64,000 nucleotides of DNA from Chthonomonas calidirosea (GTDB taxonomy: Bacteria; Armatimonadota; Chthonomonadetes; Chthonomonadales; CAJBBX01), in contig DYKI01000002.1 in the NCBI GenBank assembly GCA_020722705.1, positions 41,968 through 105,967 on the forward strand. Direction: 5' to 3'. The position numbers and the translations under genes are program-made. The notes under the pieces are model-generated. The model made no database searches and was not told the DNA's origin. It saw nothing but the letters and a program-made list of their open reading frames with translations. This document shows, piece by piece, positions 59,781 to 64,000 of this stretch (the first letter of the stretch is position 1; each line of letters opens with the position of its first letter).

Positions 59781-62700
59781 TCACTTCTCGGACGTCTCGT
59801 CCTGCTCAGTTGTGCCGGCGAAGTACTCGAGGTCTTCTTGATCCAACCCCACGGCCTCGGCCGGCGGAAGCTCAACGTCCTCGTCCGGCTCGTCTACCCG
59901 CGGCGTCTCGATGACCTTGGACGCCTCAGGCACATCCGACTCATCTGCGGCTTCGGCGAGGCCGGCATCTTCGCCCTCGATGACCTCACCCTCATCATCA
60001 ACTTCGACGCCGGGCTGAAGCAGTTCACGGGCGTCCTGCGGCGCAGTCCTGGGAGATTCCAGCCCCTCATCGGTGCCGCGAAGCATCTGTCCGATTCTCT
60101 CGGCGCGTGGCGCGGCCTCGAAGACGATGCGCTCGCCGTCAGCGGTGGCCGGCTCCATGCATCGGTACCGCGGAAGCCCGGTTCCGGCGGGTATCAGCCT
60201 GCCGATGATGACGTTCTCCTTGAGACCGATGAGCTCGTCCTTCTTCCCTCGAACCGCGGCTTCGGTTAGGACGCGCGTCGTTTTCTGGAATGATGCCGCA
60301 GACAGGAAGCTGTCGGTCGCCAGTGATGCGTCGGTGATGCCAAGCAGCACCCAATCGGCCGTCGCAGGCGTTCCGCCGGCTTCCTCGACGCGCCGGTTCG
60401 CATCCTCGAAGGCGAACTTGTCCACGATCTGGGCCGGAAGGAATGGGCAGTCACCGGGTTTGGTGATCCGGCGCTTCTTCAGCATCTGGCGCACGATCAC
60501 CTCAATGTGCTTGTCGTTGATGTCAACGCCCTGCCCTTTGTAGACGTGCTGGATCTCCCGGATCAGGTACTCCTGAACGCCGCGCGGCCCCTGAAGTTCG
60601 AGCACCTTGTGAGGATCGAGCGGACCGTCCGTCAGCCTGTCGCCCGGTTCAAGCCGATCATCACGATCCACCTCGAGCTCGCCGCGATAGGGCACCAGGA
60701 TCGTCCTGCGTATGGTCACTTCTTCGATCCCGCTCTGCCGCATCCGCCGGAGCGCCTTGTCCGTAATGGCTTCACCGGCCTTGACAATCACGTCGCTATC
60801 CTCGTCGAGGACATCCTCACCGGCGATCTCACCCGCCAGCTTGGGCCCATCGTCGGACAAGGGCAGCTTGCTGTGGATCAACACATGCCTCAGGCCTTTG
60901 CGGTCTATGTCGGCAACCACACCGCCCAGTTCCGTGATGATCGCCTGTCCCTTGGGCTTGCGCGCCTCGAACAACTCGACAACTCGCAACAGACCGCGCA
61001 CCTGGTCCTCGAGAACCTTGAGCACCGCCTGAACCGAGCGTGAACGCTCGCGGTCACTTCCACCTTCCTCTTCGAAGTTCACGTGCCCGCGCCGTATGTC
61101 CTCATGCAGCTCTCGGAGGGCGCTCTGGCGTTTCTGCTTGACGTTGGCGACACCGACGAGCTCCTTGCCGGCCACACCTCCGGTGTGGAACGTCCGCATC
61201 GTCAACTGAGTGCCCGGTTCTCCAATGCTCTCCGCGGCAATGATGCCGACCGCCACACCGATGTCAACAGGACGCCCCGTCGCCAGATCGCGGCCGTAGC
61301 ACATCGAGCACACGCCCATGCGCAGTTCACACGTCAAGACCGATCGTATGGTGACCTTCAGGGAGGAGGTGATCTCGTGGATCGATTCGGCAGGCTTCAC
61401 ACGGCGTGGATTGCTCCAGCGCCGGAGCCCCTCGTCGAGCAACGCCTCGGCGGCATCGCGCGACATGATGTCGCCGCGCTTGGCAACCACAACGCCATCG
61501 CTCAGACGCACGAGATCATCCGAAACTACCCTGACGCCGTCAAGCTGCTTGGCGGCGGCCTCGGAGATTTCGGTGCCTGCCTTGACGACGACCTCGCCGG
61601 TCAGGGGATCAACCAGGTCCTCAGTCGGGAAACGCCCGCGGATCCGGTCGCTCAATGCCTCAAGGAGTTCGCCTTCGATGTAGATCTCCTCGACCTCAAT
61701 GCCGGACAGCGTGCCGCAGTCTTCGGCGCGGACGATGACATCCTGCGCCACATCAACCAGCCGCCGTGTCAGATACCCGGCGTCGGCAGTCCTCAACGCG
61801 GTATCGGCCAATCCCTTGCGAGCCCCGTGCGTCGAAACGAAGTACTCGAGTACGGATAGCCCCTCGTGAAAGTTGGATTTGATCGGGAGATCTTCGATGA
61901 GGTTCCCGAACGGGTCGGCCATCAGTCCACGCATCCCGGAGAGCTGCATGATCTGCTTCGACGAGCCTCGCGCTCCGGAGTCCGTAATCAGGTAGATGGG
62001 GTTGAACTGCTCGATGCCCTTCATGATCGCTTTGGCGACTTCTTCGCCTGCCTTCATCCAGAGCGCGAGCACCTGCCGCTTCCGTTCGCCGAGGGTGATC
62101 GTGCCTTGCCGGTAGGCCCTATTGAGCTTGGTGACGTCAGCCTCGGTCCTTCCCAGCACCTCCTCTCGCTTTGCCGGAATGTCCATGTCGGTCATCGAAA
62201 TCGTGATGCCCGACAGCGTGGCATACCGGAAGCCGAGCGCCTTCAGATCGTCGAGGAAGCTGATGGTCGTCTCCTTGCCGCACCGCACGTGCACATCCGC
62301 AACCATCTCGGAGATGCCCTTCTTGTTGATCGTGCGGTAAAGGTACCGGTCGCTGTACTTCAGACCCTCGGGCAGTATCTGATTCATGAGAAGACGGCCG
62401 ACGGATGTCCGTTTGTCGGGCTCGGTGCCGGCAAGGATCGTGCCGCCATCCCGTTCAATGCGCACAATCACCGGCTCGTGAAGCTTGACCCGACCCGTGT
62501 AGAAGGCCATCATCGCCTCTTCCGGGCTCGCAAACCGCTCGGCGACAGGCTCGGCGGATTCGTCCATCGTGGTTAGCCAGTACGACCCCAGAACGATATC
62601 CTGGATGGGCGCGACAATGGGATTGCCGTTCGCCGGTGAAAACAGGTTGTGGGTGGACAGCATCAGGGTCCGCGCCTCGGCTTGCGCATATGCCGACAGT

Positions 62701-64000
62701 GGGACATGGACGGCCATCTGGTCCCCGTCGAAGTCCGCGTTGAAGGCGTGGCAGACGAGCGGGTGGATCTGGATAGCCTTGCCGTCAACAAGCACGGGCT
62801 CAAACGCCTGAATGCCAAGTCGGTGCAGTGTCGGGGCCCTGTTCAGCAGCACAGGGTGCTCGCGGATCACCTCTTCGAGCGCATCCCAGACCTCCGGCCG
62901 CATCTTGTCAATCATCCGCTTGGCCGTCTTGATGTTGGTCGTGTAGCCCCGTTCGACGAGCGTCTTCATGACGAAGGGCTTGAAGAGCTCGAGTGCCATT
63001 TCTTTGGGCAGACCGCACTGGTGCAGCTTCAGGTGCGGCCCGACCACGATGACCGATCGGCCTGAGTAGTCAACCCGCTTGCCGAGCAGGTTCTTGCGGA
63101 AGCGGCCTTCCTTTCCCTTGAGCATGTCGGAGAGGGACTTCAGGGGCCTGTTGGTGGAACCCACGACCGGGCGCGTTCGCCGCCCATTGTCTATGAGGGC
63201 ATCCACTGCCTCCTGCAAGAGCCGCTTCTCGTGGTTGACGATGCTCTCCGGAGCGCGAATCTCGGTGATCTTCTTCAGCCGGTTGTTGCGGTTGATGATG
63301 CGGCGATAGAGATCGTTGAGGTCGGACGTGGCGAAGCGCCCGCCGTCGAGCTGCACCATCGGGCGCAGTTCCGGCGAGATAACCGGTATCGAAGTCAGGA
63401 TCATCCAGGAAGGATGAGCCTTGCTCGTAAGGAACGCCTCGACGACCTCAAGCCGCTTGATCGCGCGCAGACGCCGCGGTCCGGTTGTATTGTCAATCTC
63501 ATACCGCAGTTCGCGGAGCATGTCCTCGAGGTCAATCTCCTCGAGCAGGCTCTTGATGGCCTCGCCTCCCATGCCGGCGCGGACGGCCTCGGGGAATGTC
63601 TCATCGCCGGTCTGATGGCGTACGGCATCCAGCAGGCGCTCAAGCGCCCGGAACTGGTCTTCGTTGATCAGTTGGCGCTTTTCGAGCTTCTCCAGGAGCT
63701 CAACCGCATGGTCAAACTCCTCTATTCGATCTTCGGCGTCACGGCGATCCTGTTCGATGCGCTGTTGATGCTCGCGCCGCTTCTTCCGCACGACATCTTC
63801 GTCCCAGTGCTGCAACGGGTCAACACCCTCGGCCGTGTGCTCTGCCACATCCTTGTCGAACTCATCGTTGGCGAGTTCGATCTGCTTCTCCACGTCCTCG
63901 CGAACGAAGTCCTTCTCCTTGACGACGGCTTCGCGGATGATATCCATCGCGGACTCGATGCGGGCCTTGTCCACATGCGTCACGATATAGCTCGCGAAGT
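59781..64000 (-). CDS. rpoC: DNA-directed RNA polymerase subunit beta-prime (partial; the 5' end lies beyond the window), with an acidic C-terminal extension
   Basis: [12 protein letters not shown] active site, bridge-helix and trigger-loop regions, and RLIPAGTG near the C-terminus followed by a D/E-rich tail of about 140 aa. The frame is open to the window edge. Confidence 0.95.
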   Translation of the reverse strand, partial: FASYIVTHVDKARIESAMDIIREAVVKEKDFVREDVEKQIELANDEFDKDVAEHTAEGVDPLQHWDEDVVRKKRREHQQRIEQDRRDAEDRIEEFDHAVELLEKLEKRQLINEDQFRALERLLDAVRHQTGDETFPEAVRAGMGGEAIKSLLEEIDLEDMLRELRYEIDNTTGPRRLRAIKRLEVVEAFLTSKAHPSWMILTSIPVISPELRPMVQLDGGRFATSDLNDLYRRIINRNNRLKKITEIRAPESIVNHEKRLLQEAVDALIDNGRRTRPVVGSTNRPLKSLSDMLKGKEGRFRKNLLGKRVDYSGRSVIVVGPHLKLHQCGLPKEMALELFKPFVMKTLVERGYTTNIKTAKRMIDKMRPEVWDALEEVIREHPVLLNRAPTLHRLGIQAFEPVLVDGKAIQIHPLVCHAFNADFDGDQMAVHVPLSAYAQAEARTLMLSTHNLFSPANGNPIVAPIQDIVLGSYWLTTMDESAEPVAERFASPEEAMMAFYTGRVKLHEPVIVRIERDGGTILAGTEPDKRTSVGRLLMNQILPEGLKYSDRYLYRTINKKGISEMVADVHVRCGKETTISFLDDLKALGFRYATLSGITISMTDMDIPAKREEVLGRTEADVTKLNRAYRQGTITLGERKRQVLALWMKAGEEVAKAIMKGIEQFNPIYLITDSGARGSSKQIMQLSGMRGLMADPFGNLIEDLPIKSNFHEGLSVLEYFVSTHGARKGLADTALRTADAGYLTRRLVDVAQDVIVRAEDCGTLSGIEVEEIYIEGELLEALSDRIRGRFPTEDLVDPLTGEVVVKAGTEISEAAAKQLDGVRVVSDDLVRLSDGVVVAKRGDIMSRDAAEALLDEGLRRWSNPRRVKPAESIHEITSSLKVTIRSVLTCELRMGVCSMCYGRDLATGRPVDIGVAVGIIAAESIGEPGTQLTMRTFHTGGVAGKELVGVANVKQKRQSALRELHEDIRRGHVNFEEEGGSDRERSRSVQAVLKVLEDQVRGLLRVVELFEARKPKGQAIITELGGVVADIDRKGLRHVLIHSKLPLSDDGPKLAGEIAGEDVLDEDSDVIVKAGEAITDKALRRMRQSGIEEVTIRRTILVPYRGELEVDRDDRLEPGDRLTDGPLDPHKVLELQGPRGVQEYLIREIQHVYKGQGVDINDKHIEVIVRQMLKKRRITKPGDCPFLPAQIVDKFAFEDANRRVEEAGGTPATADWVLLGITDASLATDSFLSAASFQKTTRVLTEAAVRGKKDELIGLKENVIIGRLIPAGTGLPRYRCMEPATADGERIVFEAAPRAERIGQMLRGTDEGLESPRTAPQDARELLQPGVEVDDEGEVIEGEDAGLAEAADESDVPEASKVIETPRVDEPDEDVELPPAEAVGLDQEDLEYFAGTTEQDETSEK

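Overview
This is a visibly GC-rich, gene-dense bacterial chromosomal segment made up almost entirely of core housekeeping genes. The long ORFs antisense to these genes look like high-GC artefacts.

Gene content by position:
- 105-7861 (minus strand): one tightly coupled gene string, hisD-hisB-[SDR epimerase-like]-hisH-hisA-[two small paralogous membrane coiled-coil proteins]-sucD-[73-bp tandem repeat]-mdh-like-[IMPase family].
- 7.9-22 kb: an LL-DAP-type aminotransferase, hflX, a parvulin PPIase, a CDF transporter, rsmG, tRNA-Pro and pth. These are followed by a GT2/methyltransferase/metallophosphoesterase trio, a murI-GerMN-amidase cell-wall operon, an NDP-sugar epimerase and rluD.
- 22-35 kb: a complete Rrf2-sufBCDSUT Fe-S operon, flanked on each side by an orphan glycosidase-like protein of about 1000 aa.
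- 35-45.6 kb: rpoZ, dnaK-dnaJ-prmA-rsmE, der-glnE and plsY.
- 45.6-54.8 kb: the only accessory-looking block. It holds a 1520-aa secreted discoidin/propeller/CxxCH protein, two tandem prepilin-type H-X9-DG (DUF1559) paralogs with gene-conversion tracts, a xylose-isomerase-like TIM-barrel protein and a DUF2961/GH172 protein.
- 54.8-64 kb: a 4xGAF-only protein translationally coupled to trxB, holB, a hypothetical gene, tRNA-Lys and the 3' part of rpoC (which runs off the window).

The pseudopilin and PSCyt-like content suggests a PVC/Armatimonadota-like lineage, but that is inference only.

I found no CRISPR array, transposase, integrase, phage gene, toxin-antitoxin pair or recognisable defence gene, and I cannot point to a clear-cut novel multi-gene system. 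The most unusual things actually visible in the sequence are:
- a perfect 73-bp tandem repeat that reiterates the mdh RBS/ATG and the sucD stop;
- a GTACTC hexamer microsatellite with dyad symmetry in the divergent suf promoter region;
- the tandem small membrane paralogs embedded in the his-sucD operon;
- acidic C-terminal tails on both RNAP omega and beta-prime;
- the mosaic-identical pseudopilin pair;
- the GAF-only protein coupled to trxB.
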